A stretch of DNA of 64,000 nt from a virus: the IMG/VR virus record IMGVR_UViG_3300021255_002737; one strand, 5' to 3'. The position numbers and the translations under genes were made by a program. Below are positions 1 through 9,194 of this stretch, piece after piece (the first letter of the stretch is position 1; every line of letters starts with the position of its first letter). A model generated the notes under the pieces. The model made no database searches. It was given only the letters and a program-made list of their open reading frames with translations, and was not told the origin of the DNA.

Positions 1-10
1 ACCTCCATAA

Positions 11-58
11 AAACCAGAAAACCCCTATAGCTACAAATCTAGTAACCATAGGGGTTTT
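11..58 (-). terminator. Probable rho-independent terminator downstream of the excisionase-like gene
   Basis: 9-bp stem AACCCCTAT (20-28) / ATAGGGGTT (48-56). It is flanked by an A-run and a T-run, so a U-rich tract follows on the minus transcript. Confidence 0.5.
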
Positions 59-174
59 GCGTTATTCTGATACAGTCATAAATGTTGCTAATTATCTAAA
101 AGCAACAACATAACAAACACCTCAATCCATTGTATTGCAAGGGTTGTAGATGATTCACGATTGCTTAAAAGTGC

Positions 175-336
175 TTACTTCATCAACCTCTCAATACACT
201 CGTCAAGGTCATCTTTACGAACCCGTACATGTTTCCCTATCTTGAACGACGGAATAACATGGTTACGAATGTACTCATACACGGTTGACTCAGGAATCTG
301 TAGTATCCTTGCAACATCTTTGACTGTATATACCAT
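175..336 (-). CDS. Excisionase/MerR-type HTH DNA-binding protein (53 aa, below the ORF-track cutoff)
   Basis: Own translation: MVYTVKDVARILQIPESTVYEYIRNHVIPSFKIGKHVRVRKDDLDECIERLMK. This is the typical excisionase-family HTH pattern. ATG at 336, TAA at 175-177. Confidence 0.6.
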   Translation of the reverse strand: MVYTVKDVARILQIPESTVYEYIRNHVIPSFKIGKHVRVRKDDLDECIERLMK

Positions 337-339
337 AGT

Positions 340-3300
340 CTAGCACACTTCCTTTACATCAACAATATCCATGTATTGTTTATTTTTCTTCATCATGAAC
401 TCATATGTCTTTCCCTGCTCAACAAAGAGCTTGTTACGTCCATACCGTGTTTTCCCATGCCCCCACAGGAATGGAGCAATAGAACCCTTGTAAGTGCCGT
501 AATCCTCTGTCTTGAACGTAACCAGTGCCATTTTGTTGCCGTTCTTCGTCGTGATCTCATGGACAGACGATGCTACACCACAGAGGACACCTGGAACCTT
601 AGAGAATGAGAACCCTAGTGTTGCAATCTCTCCTGCTGCTTTGTCGTAGTGTCCTTCCTTACATTCGACAAACTCTGCGTTGTTCCTTTTCTCTGTCCAT
701 TGGTTCGCCATCCGCAATGCCCGTGCCCTTTCCTTGTCGTTCACGGCTTTCTCATACCCATCTCGATAGAAGCCAATGCGCTCCCTGCATTGCTGTAACC
801 GTTTTACGTACTTCTTTGTATTCGACAGATTGCTCATCATCCATCCACGGGATTTATTGAGGAAGTCTAATGCTCCTGCCTGAATGAGTCCCTTAACGAC
901 ATCGCTGTTGTTGTGCTCGACAATGCTGTTCCAATCGGTTAAAGAGCAATAGTCGCAGTTCGTTTCCTCTTGAACAGATAAGGTTAATTCCTTGCCAACA
1001 CCCTTGATGTACGTAAGACCGACACGAATGGCTTCGCCCTCAATCTGCCATTCCTTGTTCCCCTTAGAGAAATCAGGAGGAAGAATCCTGATACCCATTT
1101 CCTTGCAATTCGCAAGATACGGAATGACCTTTTCCTGATTATCATTCTTCGTGTTCAGCAATGCACACATGAACTGAGCAGGGTAATGCGCCTTGAGATA
1201 CGCTGTCTTATACGAGAGCCGCCCATAGGCTACAGAGTGAGAATTACATACAATAATTCCATTGCCAGTTACGAAGTTATGGTATGGATTGTCCATTTCA
1301 ACGTCGTAGCACATCTCATCGCACTCATGGGTAATGGATGCTACGCTCTCGATATGTGTATCCAATACGTCAGACACATATACGCTGTCTCCTACGGATA
1401 ACTCTACCAATAGCCTTGTTCCATGTGGTGTCGGAATCTTATGGTTCAACGTACACCTCACTCGTTTGCCCAATTCAGTCTCAAGGATAAACACAGGCAT
1501 GACACCAGACTCTCTAACGTCAACGATATAATTCTCTACTATCTTGCCATCGTTATCCATTGAGCAAGCCTTAATGCCATGAACACCCCACGGGTCAAGT
1601 TGGTGCTTGTTGTACTCGTCATCGTGGAAGAATCTGTACAGCTCACAGATAGACCGCTTTGTTTTTGCCCCTGTATGTGTGACAATATATTCACGGCCAC
1701 TCAAACATTTGTTGAACAAATACCTTCCTGCTGCCTTGATTTGCATACCGACCTTCTCTGCAATCTCCTTGGAATAGCCATTTTCCATACAGCGTGTGAT
1801 GAACTCCTTGACCGCAGCATCAATCTTTGTCATCTCCTTGCGTCCAATGACCTTCCGTAGCATATCCGCTTCGCCCAATGAGTACCCTGCCATCTTCATA
1901 GCAAGTTTCATGCACTGCTCCTGATAGACAATGACACCGAAGGTATTCTTCGTGACCTCTTTATATACATTACAGAGATAGTCTATAGTAGCACCATTCT
2001 TTCCGTCGATATATTGCTGCATCATCCCTGAATCAAGAGGGCCTGGTCGGTACAAAGCGACCAATGCCGCAACGTCATCAAAGCATGATACGTGCAATTC
2101 CTTGGCCACCTTACGCATACCAGGAGACTCCATCTGGAACACGCCATCGAGGTTGCCGTTGGAATACATTGCATATGCCTTTTCATTATCCATTGGGATG
2201 TCATCGAGATTCATGTCATTGCCGATGTACTTCATGCATTTGTCAATGAGGTCTAACGTATTGAGTCCAAGCAAATCCAGTTTAAGATTGCCACGCTGCT
2301 CCAGTTCATGGAAGTCGTAGCAGGCAATACGGATATATTCACGCTCTCCCGTAGCCTTGTTCTTGGTATTACACCCCTCTACAGGTGTATAGTTTACGAT
2401 GTCATCTGGGGTAACAAGGACAGCCGATGCGTGTATACCAACTTTGTCAATACGTCCACAGAAATGCTTTGCTACATCAATGAGTTCTGCTTTCTGCTCG
2501 TCGTTGAGTGAAATATGAGCAGCCTGTAAATCATCAATAGAAGACTCGACAAACTTCGATGCTGCAATCTTGAACTTCGGATTGTATTCCCATGACGGGT
2601 CAATCATAAGGCCACCCTGCTCTTCACAAGGAACCATAGGGGCATTGTCTTTGTACTTGTTGAAGAGTGCCTGCCATGCCTTTAGTACAGCTTCCTTGCC
2701 TGCGCTTGGCTTATCAGGGTCTTTTGTGTACCCCAGTGTTTGTACCTTGCAGACGTTGCCATACATCTCTTTGACGTGTTCAATGACACGTCCACGGTTT
2801 AATGTAGAGAGATCACTATCAACGTCCGCAGGGGACCTTCTTTCTCTATTGCAGAACCGAAAGAACTCCGTGTGATACTTTATCGGGTCAATCTTGTGGA
2901 TGCCCATGAGATAGCCAACGAGACATCCGGCGCTCGATCCTCTACCTTCCCCGATCGGGATATGCTGTTCCTTGCACCAACTCAACACAGACCAGATAAT
3001 CAGTAGATACTCAAGGTAATTCGTTGCTTCGAGGTCTTTCATCTCCATCTCAAAGCGTTCAGCGTATTCCTTGTACTTCCCTTTCGGCACAAGTTTCTTC
3101 CAGTGACTCCTACAGATTTCCCTTACCTTTCCCTTTGGATTAGAACAAGGATACTTTGGATAGTGACTACCAGAGTCGGGGATTGTGACGTTACATCTCT
3201 CTGCAATGCGAGATGTATTCTCGATACATTCCTCAATGACATCCTGTGGAATCCACCTTGTGTTCCGTATCTCGTCCTCTGACCAGATATAGTTCTCGTC

Positions 3301-3954
3301 ATCGTGATACTGGTTGCCGTTGATGCGAATCCAATGACTATGATATGGTTTGTCTTCTGGGATAGAGTAGTGAGCATCTGTTGTTACAACAAGGGGAGCA
3401 TCGTATTTCCTTGCCAACTCAATGACTTTGTCGTTGTACTCCCATTGTTTTTCGATGTTGAGCGGCTGAATCTCTGCATAGAAGCGATCTCCAAATAGCT
3501 CTTTGTATTTCTTGAACCACTCTTCACCATTCTCTGTGTTGACAATAGATGCCATACATGCAGACAAACAAATGAGTCCATCGTTATGTTCCCGTAGGGC
3601 TTCCCAGTCAATTCTAGGCTTGTAGTAGTACGAATCCTCATTATACGCGAATGTATCGAGCTTCTTGAGGTTCATATATCCTTCATCGTTCATCGCAAGG
3701 ATGACTAAGTGATGCGTCAGTGACTTATCCCTAATGTTCACATCGGGACAGAAGTAGAACTCGCAGCCAACAATAGGCTTGATGTCGTTTTTCTGACACT
3801 CCTCGTAGAAGCGGATGGTATTCCGCATAGTACCATGGTCAGTTAGGGAGATTGCAGACATACCCAATGATTTTGCACGTGCTACCATTTCTTGTACAGT
3901 TTGATAACCATCAAGTAGACTACCATCGCTATGGTTATGTAGTGAGATATACAT
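340..3954 (-). CDS. dnaE: DNA polymerase III alpha subunit (DnaE-type replicase) carrying a mini-intein
   Basis: 1204-aa ORF. N-terminal PHP motifs (SLHNHSDGSLLDG, TDHGTM, GCEFY). Conserved FNK/SHSVAYG motif (E. coli GFNKSHSAAYA) interrupted by 155 aa. AAGGAG ribosome-binding site upstream of the ATG. Confidence 0.9.
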   Translation of the reverse strand: MYISLHNHSDGSLLDGYQTVQEMVARAKSLGMSAISLTDHGTMRNTIRFYEECQKNDIKPIVGCEFYFCPDVNIRDKSLTHHLVILAMNDEGYMNLKKLDTFAYNEDSYYYKPRIDWEALREHNDGLICLSACMASIVNTENGEEWFKKYKELFGDRFYAEIQPLNIEKQWEYNDKVIELARKYDAPLVVTTDAHYSIPEDKPYHSHWIRINGNQYHDDENYIWSEDEIRNTRWIPQDVIEECIENTSRIAERCNVTIPDSGSHYPKYPCSNPKGKVREICRSHWKKLVPKGKYKEYAERFEMEMKDLEATNYLEYLLIIWSVLSWCKEQHIPIGEGRGSSAGCLVGYLMGIHKIDPIKYHTEFFRFCNRERRSPADVDSDLSTLNRGRVIEHVKEMYGNVCKVQTLGYTKDPDKPSAGKEAVLKAWQALFNKYKDNAPMVPCEEQGGLMIDPSWEYNPKFKIAASKFVESSIDDLQAAHISLNDEQKAELIDVAKHFCGRIDKVGIHASAVLVTPDDIVNYTPVEGCNTKNKATGEREYIRIACYDFHELEQRGNLKLDLLGLNTLDLIDKCMKYIGNDMNLDDIPMDNEKAYAMYSNGNLDGVFQMESPGMRKVAKELHVSCFDDVAALVALYRPGPLDSGMMQQYIDGKNGATIDYLCNVYKEVTKNTFGVIVYQEQCMKLAMKMAGYSLGEADMLRKVIGRKEMTKIDAAVKEFITRCMENGYSKEIAEKVGMQIKAAGRYLFNKCLSGREYIVTHTGAKTKRSICELYRFFHDDEYNKHQLDPWGVHGIKACSMDNDGKIVENYIVDVRESGVMPVFILETELGKRVRCTLNHKIPTPHGTRLLVELSVGDSVYVSDVLDTHIESVASITHECDEMCYDVEMDNPYHNFVTGNGIIVCNSHSVAYGRLSYKTAYLKAHYPAQFMCALLNTKNDNQEKVIPYLANCKEMGIRILPPDFSKGNKEWQIEGEAIRVGLTYIKGVGKELTLSVQEETNCDYCSLTDWNSIVEHNNSDVVKGLIQAGALDFLNKSRGWMMSNLSNTKKYVKRLQQCRERIGFYRDGYEKAVNDKERARALRMANQWTEKRNNAEFVECKEGHYDKAAGEIATLGFSFSKVPGVLCGVASSVHEITTKNGNKMALVTFKTEDYGTYKGSIAPFLWGHGKTRYGRNKLFVEQGKTYEFMMKKNKQYMDIVDVKEVC
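1243..1707 (-). other. Mini-intein (155 aa, no homing-endonuclease domain) inside DnaE
   Basis: Begins CLSGREYIV (block A Cys1). Contains TLNH (block B TxxH). Ends YHNFVTGNGIIVCN followed by +1 Ser. Removing it restores FNK-SHSVAYG. Confidence 0.8.
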
Positions 3955-3958
3955 TGTT

Positions 3959-4078
3959 TTACTCCTTGTGAATCTTATGGACTACAACATGATATAGCGC
4001 ACCGCCAAGCTCAAAGCCAAAGCCAATAACGATTGCAAGCACAAACCAATCAATGTACGACTCAATGAGATGCATCAT
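3959..4078 (-). CDS. Small membrane protein (39 aa)
   Basis: Own translation: MMHLIESYIDWFVLAIVIGFGFELGGALYHVVVHKIHKE. ATGA start/stop overlap with the upstream gene. One hydrophobic helix. Confidence 0.45.
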   Translation of the reverse strand: MMHLIESYIDWFVLAIVIGFGFELGGALYHVVVHKIHKE

Positions 4079-4311
4079 TTGCCCCACTTCCTTCCATACA
4101 AATCATATCTACAACCAACGCAATACATATACAATGACTGTCCCATATGGTGTTCTTTTGCCCACTGTATCTTCTTGTCGATGACTCGTTGGATAGCCAT
4201 TGCCTTTCTCCTGTCATCCACACTGTCCCGCCACTTGATTAACTGAACAACTGCCCATGAAAATTCACCGGGAACCTTCATAATAGGCCGTTGATAACCA
4301 CCGTTACTCAT
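4075..4311 (-). CDS. Hypothetical protein (78 aa)
   Basis: ORF in the co-directional, tightly packed early gene array. Confidence 0.6.
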   Translation of the reverse strand: MSNGGYQRPIMKVPGEFSWAVVQLIKWRDSVDDRRKAMAIQRVIDKKIQWAKEHHMGQSLYMYCVGCRYDLYGRKWGK

Positions 4312-4618
4312 TGGTAATCAACCTCTCCCCTTTGAACTTGCAGAGGATAGCGCTCTCTGGAAGGCGAACATGTTTCTCGGCGTCCACATAATAGATGTTA
4401 TAAACAGGACCATCAATCAAATGGGGAACACTGCTTTCCCAGAATACACCATCAATCCTAGCCAACAATGGTCCTCCTATTGTCTTCACGTAGACATATT
4501 CATTGATCTCATACTTATTCTTCTTGACTCGACATGATGAAATGGTATCCCAAACGTTGAGAATAATGAGAATCGCGGCTACCACTGTTATTAAATTAAT
4601 CATTCCGTGTACCTCCAT
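4304..4618 (-). CDS. Hypothetical membrane-anchored protein; paralog of 6624..6932
   Basis: N-terminal TM helix. C-terminus ...ILCKFKGE matches ...ILCKFNGK of the paralog. Confidence 0.65.
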   Translation of the reverse strand: MEVHGMINLITVVAAILIILNVWDTISSCRVKKNKYEINEYVYVKTIGGPLLARIDGVFWESSVPHLIDGPVYNIYYVDAEKHVRLPESAILCKFKGERLITNE

Positions 4619-4684
4619 AGAATAACAATAGTATCAACAGAATCGTGATAGATGACCCTAGCCATCCAAAGATAAACCCTGTAA

Positions 4685-4891
4685 TCAAAACAGAACCAAC
4701 CTCCGCTTATCCTTCATAACACGGCATACATGTACCATGTCGCCATTTTCTGTGTACATATATACCATTTCATCCGATGGATATTTCTGTAGTTCCCATA
4801 CAAGATCGTGTACGGTCATCCCGCTGGGTTTCGTGTGGGTGAATTTACCACCGTGGATTCCTTGAATCTTATTGACATTCACAGCGTTCAT
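4685..4891 (-). CDS. Hypothetical protein (68 aa)
   Basis: Start refined to MNAVNVNK, which has an ATGA overlap with the upstream stop. Confidence 0.55.
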   Translation of the reverse strand: MNAVNVNKIQGIHGGKFTHTKPSGMTVHDLVWELQKYPSDEMVYMYTENGDMVHVCRVMKDKRRLVLF

Positions 4892-5394
4892 TTCTTCATT
4901 CCCTTTACAGCACACGCGTCCTGCAATGCCTTCAACGAAGCAAGTGCGGAACCGAGTCTACACTCTTTACCGTTGTAGAATGGACATTTCTGGCAATCAG
5001 TTAGCGTCGCGTATATATTACAGATGCTTCCGCCCTTCTTAGAGATGGTATCACGAGCCTCTGCGATGACACGGCCTAACTCTTTGAACTTATCGGCATT
5101 GTGAGTGGTTTCCTGAGTGCTGACAATTTCATCCCACATCTTCTGTACATTGCCAAAGCCCTCGGATGATGTATTGGTATTCTCGACATAATTAAGGAAC
5201 TCTGTAATGAGGTTAATGTCTACATCAGGGACGAGCTTATGAAGTTGGCCTTCAAGTGGAGCAAGCCTAGACACCTCTCCGTCGGTGCATGTTTCGGTCT
5301 CTGCGTATTCCTTGCCATCAATCATAAGTGTAAGGTCAAACCGATAATAATCATGGGCAATATATGAAATTTCTTTTCTGATATGTTCAAGCAT
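4888..5394 (-). CDS. Hypothetical protein; paralog of 7550..7846
   Basis: Start refined to MLEHIRKE. The upstream 'GGIEM' of the longer ORF is simply the translated GGAGGT ribosome-binding site. It shares MLExIxxEIxYI...IDGKEY...QLxKLVP with the paralog. Confidence 0.7.
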   Translation of the reverse strand: MLEHIRKEISYIAHDYYRFDLTLMIDGKEYAETETCTDGEVSRLAPLEGQLHKLVPDVDINLITEFLNYVENTNTSSEGFGNVQKMWDEIVSTQETTHNADKFKELGRVIAEARDTISKKGGSICNIYATLTDCQKCPFYNGKECRLGSALASLKALQDACAVKGMKK

Positions 5395-5502
5395 CTCAAT
5401 ACCTCCAAAACAATGTGTAGTACCCATAGTATATTGCGCCACTATATGGTGAACATGGGATAACCCATGCAACACCATAAGGGACACTGTAGTCACAGTT
5501 TG

Positions 5503-5772
5503 TCATTCTACTTCTACTACCTCAATAATATCCATGTTATCTTCGTCTTTCCACCTATCATATACAGCTTGTTTAGACAAGTCATGCTCATACATAATGA
5601 ATGTAATGTATTCTCCCATACACTTCTCTTTGTATGTCACCTTGTACAATCTACGTGTTTTCATGGCGCGATTCACAAGTCTCCAACGGTCATTCTTGTG
5701 TTTCACGCACCCAAATGCACCATAAGGAATGGAATGGTCTATAATATTAGCCTTGCGTTTTAGATTGTTCAT
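5503..5772 (-). CDS. Hypothetical protein; paralog of 7955..8200
   Basis: Start refined to MNNLKRK. Shares MNNLKRK...NDRWRL...TRRLY with the paralog. Confidence 0.65.
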   Translation of the reverse strand: MNNLKRKANIIDHSIPYGAFGCVKHKNDRWRLVNRAMKTRRLYKVTYKEKCMGEYITFIMYEHDLSKQAVYDRWKDEDNMDIIEVVEVE

Positions 5773-6034
5773 GTTTATACATATCCTCCATTGCTTCTTC
5801 CTTGGAATTGTATACCCTCCCATTAGCGGCAATATAAACTAGTCTTTTTGGGGTACTTAATCGGTAAATGACACTGGTTATCTTAGCCATCGCGTTATCT
5901 AAGAAACACCCCTGTGTGCCTCTCATTGGGCAGTCATGGCATTCATAGACATTACACAGCTTACTCTGGACTTCATCTACCTTGCTGCGAGCAGCCTTTA
6001 ATTCGTCCTGTCGATTCTCATAGAATTTATTCAT
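5747..6034 (-). CDS. Hypothetical Cys-containing small protein
   Basis: 95-aa ORF with an N-terminal coiled-coil-like segment and a CHDCP motif. Confidence 0.6.
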   Translation of the reverse strand: MNKFYENRQDELKAARSKVDEVQSKLCNVYECHDCPMRGTQGCFLDNAMAKITSVIYRLSTPKRLVYIAANGRVYNSKEEAMEDMYKHEQSKTQG

Positions 6035-6320
6035 TGAAATTCAACCTCTCAACATATTCCAGTATCTCCTGTACGTCATTCACTCCGAAATCATTGTTAC
6101 ATCTACGGACTGCATTGACAAGGGCGGTGATATGTGATGACTTGACACTAGGAAACAATCGGCTAAACACATCGTTAAAAGTGCACCCATCCACGAAATA
6201 CTCCGTTACCCTTCCATTGATTCTACGAATGCAATGCTCTGAGCATTCACGGCCATCAATAGAAATCTTAGTCTCGTAGTCATATGGCGTCATTCTCTTT
6301 TCAATATAATCAACAGTCAT
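6027..6320 (-). CDS. Hypothetical protein
   Basis: 97-aa ORF that overlaps its neighbours in operon fashion. Confidence 0.6.
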   Translation of the reverse strand: MTVDYIEKRMTPYDYETKISIDGRECSEHCIRRINGRVTEYFVDGCTFNDVFSRLFPSVKSSHITALVNAVRRCNNDFGVNDVQEILEYVERLNFNE

Positions 6321-6357
6321 TTTCGTTCTCCATTCTCTGTATTTTTTCTTCGATATG

Positions 6358-6627
6358 TTACTCGTCGTAATCTAATATATCAAGCTCTATATCTTCCTTG
6401 AAACAATCAATGCCCTTATCAAAGTCATGCTGAACATAATCCCAAGTGAAGTTCTTAGAGAATAACCACAACTTTTGCCAGAACACGCATCGCACAGCAG
6501 GATTTTTATTACAGTTTATCCGACGCGCCACATCTTCAAACATCTCCTTATAGGTATCTGCGTCTGTTTTGAATTGAGACTTATGTTCATCTAAATTATC
6601 ATTAATTTCCTTACCGGATAATTTCAT
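6358..6627 (-). CDS. Hypothetical protein
   Basis: 89-aa ORF. Confidence 0.6.
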   Translation of the reverse strand: MKLSGKEINDNLDEHKSQFKTDADTYKEMFEDVARRINCNKNPAVRCVFWQKLWLFSKNFTWDYVQHDFDKGIDCFKEDIELDILDYDE

Positions 6628-6932
6628 TGTTTCTTCTCGTCCTTTCCATTAAACTTGCACAGGATTTCAGACTGCTCAAAGTCCCAATACTGACCAACCT
6701 CATTGAGTAGTTTGACGTGATACTCAGGTTTAGCACCGTATTCATTGCGGTAGTGACACCGCCATGTAATGCTGATTACCTCTGCAATCTCCAAAACATC
6801 GTTTACTCTAATCCAAACAATATCACCCACCCTATACTTGTTTCTACCGACCATACGATAGAAAGTCCTATAGCAAATATCTCCTACGAATTCAATCGCT
6901 AGTAATGTTCCAAACAAAGCTGTGATGGTCAT
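6624..6932 (-). CDS. Hypothetical membrane-anchored protein; paralog of 4304..4618
   Basis: N-terminal TM helix, G-rich ribosome-binding site, shared C-terminal ILCKF motif. Confidence 0.65.
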   Translation of the reverse strand: MTITALFGTLLAIEFVGDICYRTFYRMVGRNKYRVGDIVWIRVNDVLEIAEVISITWRCHYRNEYGAKPEYHVKLLNEVGQYWDFEQSEILCKFNGKDEKKQ

Positions 6933-7215
6933 ATTTATACCCCCCCCTGAGTTCCTTGTACGCTTCCGTTAGCATTACTGCACCTTGTTTCCTGAGTTTT
7001 TCTTCTTCTGTCTTGGCGATACGTGTAGTGTACCAGTTGTATTTTTCGTACCAGTCAATGCGATTGGTAGAGATACGGCCACACCGCTGGCAAATACTCA
7101 CCTCATAGATTTCAACTTCGACAGACATAGGATACACGCTGATACTGTATGCTGTCACGGCATAAGGCTTTTTGTGGCCAAAGATACTACAGAGGATTTT
7201 CTTGATTAATCTCAT
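6892..7215 (-). CDS. Hypothetical Zn-ribbon-like protein (FGHK motif)
   Basis: Start refined to MRLIKKILCSIFGHKKP, which has a TAATG overlap with the upstream stop. CQRCG motif present. Confidence 0.55.
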   Translation of the reverse strand: MRLIKKILCSIFGHKKPYAVTAYSISVYPMSVEVEIYEVSICQRCGRISTNRIDWYEKYNWYTTRIAKTEEEKLRKQGAVMLTEAYKELRGGYKYDHHSFVWNITSD

Positions 7216-7553
7216 TAAGACAACCCCGCTTTCTCTTTCCATGACTCTAAGAATACGTCGCCACAATCAAAAAGGGTCATGTCATGCTTGTGTGCTTCAC
7301 AATAGGCTCGCTCTGGACAAACATCACACTCCTCAACGCATTCTTCGCTGTATTTCAGTATGTCAGCACTCGCTAACTCAAGTGCCATCTGGTACTTCTT
7401 AATTTGACTTTTCAGCTCATCAATGCTTTCGTTCGACGATTCGTCTTTTGCAGTTCTGCGGCGTTCAATATCTGCAAGCTGCTCTTGTGCATATGTTGGT
7501 GCATCATTATAAATCTCATTTCCGTTTAAGTCATAGCATATCCTTCTACTCAT
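7215..7553 (-). CDS. Hypothetical protein
   Basis: 112-aa ORF, acidic coiled-coil plus a Cys cluster (CVEECDVCPERAYC). Confidence 0.6.
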   Translation of the reverse strand: MSRRICYDLNGNEIYNDAPTYAQEQLADIERRRTAKDESSNESIDELKSQIKKYQMALELASADILKYSEECVEECDVCPERAYCEAHKHDMTLFDCGDVFLESWKEKAGLS

Positions 7554-7846
7554 TTTTTATCCTCCTGAATCCTTACAAACGCATCCCATGCATCCTGTAC
7601 GTTCTTAGTATCATCCGGTGTTACGGCATTCTTTGCGTTCTCAACAAGCTCCTCGATTAACTCAATATCTATGCAAGGGACAAGTTTTTGGAGCTGGTCT
7701 TCGAGTGACTCAGGATACACCGTGTACTCGCCATCGGCATATATTTCATTTTCAAGGTACTCTTTGCCATCAATGGTAATTGCCGTTTTGAATCCATATT
7801 GCCTTGCCCTGATATACGCTATCTCTCTTTTAATCTTTTCGAGCAT
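7550..7846 (-). CDS. Hypothetical protein; paralog of 4888..5394
   Basis: Start refined to MLEKIKRE, preceded by the same GGAGGT ribosome-binding site as the paralog. Confidence 0.7.
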   Translation of the reverse strand: MLEKIKREIAYIRARQYGFKTAITIDGKEYLENEIYADGEYTVYPESLEDQLQKLVPCIDIELIEELVENAKNAVTPDDTKNVQDAWDAFVRIQEDKK

Positions 7847-7954
7847 CTCAATACCTCCTGAACAGACTATAGCAGCCAATGTAAACACTACCACTACTGG
7901 GACTACATGGGATTGTCCACGTAATTTTATAGGGAACACTGAAATCACAATTAC

Positions 7955-8200
7955 TCATTTCTTGATCTCCTCTACTTTTGCAGTAGACAAGTGATCGTAC
8001 TCACGGTAGATAGCTTCTTTACTAAATGCATATTCATAGAAATGACATGGAACACCCCCTATGACAACCGACACGCGATATAATCTACGTGTTCTCTGTA
8101 GTCGCAGCAGTAGCCTCCATCGGTCATTCCTATGTGTTGCCAAGTCCATTCTAGGACAAGCACTACTATAGATATTGTATTTACGTTTCAGGTTATTCAT
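7955..8200 (-). CDS. Hypothetical protein; paralog of 5503..5772
   Basis: MNNLKRK...NDRWRLLLRLQRTRRLY. Confidence 0.65.
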   Translation of the reverse strand: MNNLKRKYNIYSSACPRMDLATHRNDRWRLLLRLQRTRRLYRVSVVIGGVPCHFYEYAFSKEAIYREYDHLSTAKVEEIKK

Positions 8201-8876
8201 TGTGATTCTCCATGTTTCTTATTTCCCTATCAAGATACCAACGAGCTTTCTTGAGGTCTTCGACTGGGTTATCCTTATGCTTCAAATGACACCTACTGAT
8301 ATACTTGATACAATTCCCAAGGTTGAATCCAAGGTGCTTGTCCTCGATGAAATCAATGACCTCAATCTTACCCTGATAGTAAGACGGATGGTTCACGGCA
8401 GAATCGTTCTCTTTCTTTGCAGACTCAGCAATGCCCTTCTTGATAGGCGTAGCTTGTGTGTCTATCTTTTGGCATGGTATAGAGAAATATAGTCTATGAA
8501 TCTCATCGTGAATAATATAGTTACCATCTACTATATCGTCTATCCTGTATACTTCGTTTTCAAAACGGATTTCATCGCCTATGTTGTACTTCATATTACT
8601 ACTCCCCTTATGCTTATCATATTTTCTTATAACAATGCCATTGCATTTCCATGCTAGCTCATTGATATCGGATTCGTTCTTGTTATACAGGTTACCATCA
8701 TTGGCATAGAGTACATAACACCTATCCAGCATCGTAGACTTCCAAACAAAGCCTAAGGTTGGTCTCTTTATGTATCTATCAACCACCTTGCATGTGAAGA
8801 CTCTACCTGTTGGCTTCCCATCAATCGTACTATTGATTCGTATCTCGTCACCAATATTGTATTTCCAGAAATCCAT
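8193..8876 (-). CDS. DUF3310-like protein (T7 gp1.7-related C-terminal domain) with two N-terminal SH3-like repeats
   Basis: C-terminus: VNHPSYYQGKIEVIDFIED...GNCIKYISRCHLKHK...DLKKARWYL. The YNIGDEIR motif occurs twice. Confidence 0.7.
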   Translation of the reverse strand: MDFWKYNIGDEIRINSTIDGKPTGRVFTCKVVDRYIKRPTLGFVWKSTMLDRCYVLYANDGNLYNKNESDINELAWKCNGIVIRKYDKHKGSSNMKYNIGDEIRFENEVYRIDDIVDGNYIIHDEIHRLYFSIPCQKIDTQATPIKKGIAESAKKENDSAVNHPSYYQGKIEVIDFIEDKHLGFNLGNCIKYISRCHLKHKDNPVEDLKKARWYLDREIRNMENHNE

Positions 8877-8980
8877 TAGTCATTACCCCTTTCAATTCGA
8901 TAGATGAAATACATGGAAAGTGCCGACAATACCGTAACACATCCAAAAACAAACATGAATGTAATTGATTCTTCTGTCAT
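8876..8980 (-). CDS. Small membrane protein (34 aa)
   Basis: Own translation: MTEESITFMFVFGCVTVLSALSMYFIYRIERGND. GAGGTG ribosome-binding site and TAATG overlap with the next gene. Confidence 0.45.
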   Translation of the reverse strand: MTEESITFMFVFGCVTVLSALSMYFIYRIERGND

Positions 8981-8990
8981 GAAATCACCT

Positions 8991-9194
8991 CTATATATGA
9001 TTGACTTTAACAAGAATATTCTCTAGCTTATTCATAGCGCGTTCATAAGAACATTCATTGTCTTTGTACGCCAAGCACTTATGGCACTCACGGTACTCAT
9101 AGCAACAGTTGAATTTCATCCCCGACAAGTAGCCATCTAGCTCTACTAACCCATTGTGTATATCTCTGAATTTATCTCGTAGGTCATTCATCAT
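8991..9194 (-). CDS. Hypothetical Cys-rich small protein
   Basis: 67-aa ORF. Confidence 0.55.
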   Translation of the reverse strand: MMNDLRDKFRDIHNGLVELDGYLSGMKFNCCYEYRECHKCLAYKDNECSYERAMNKLENILVKVNHI

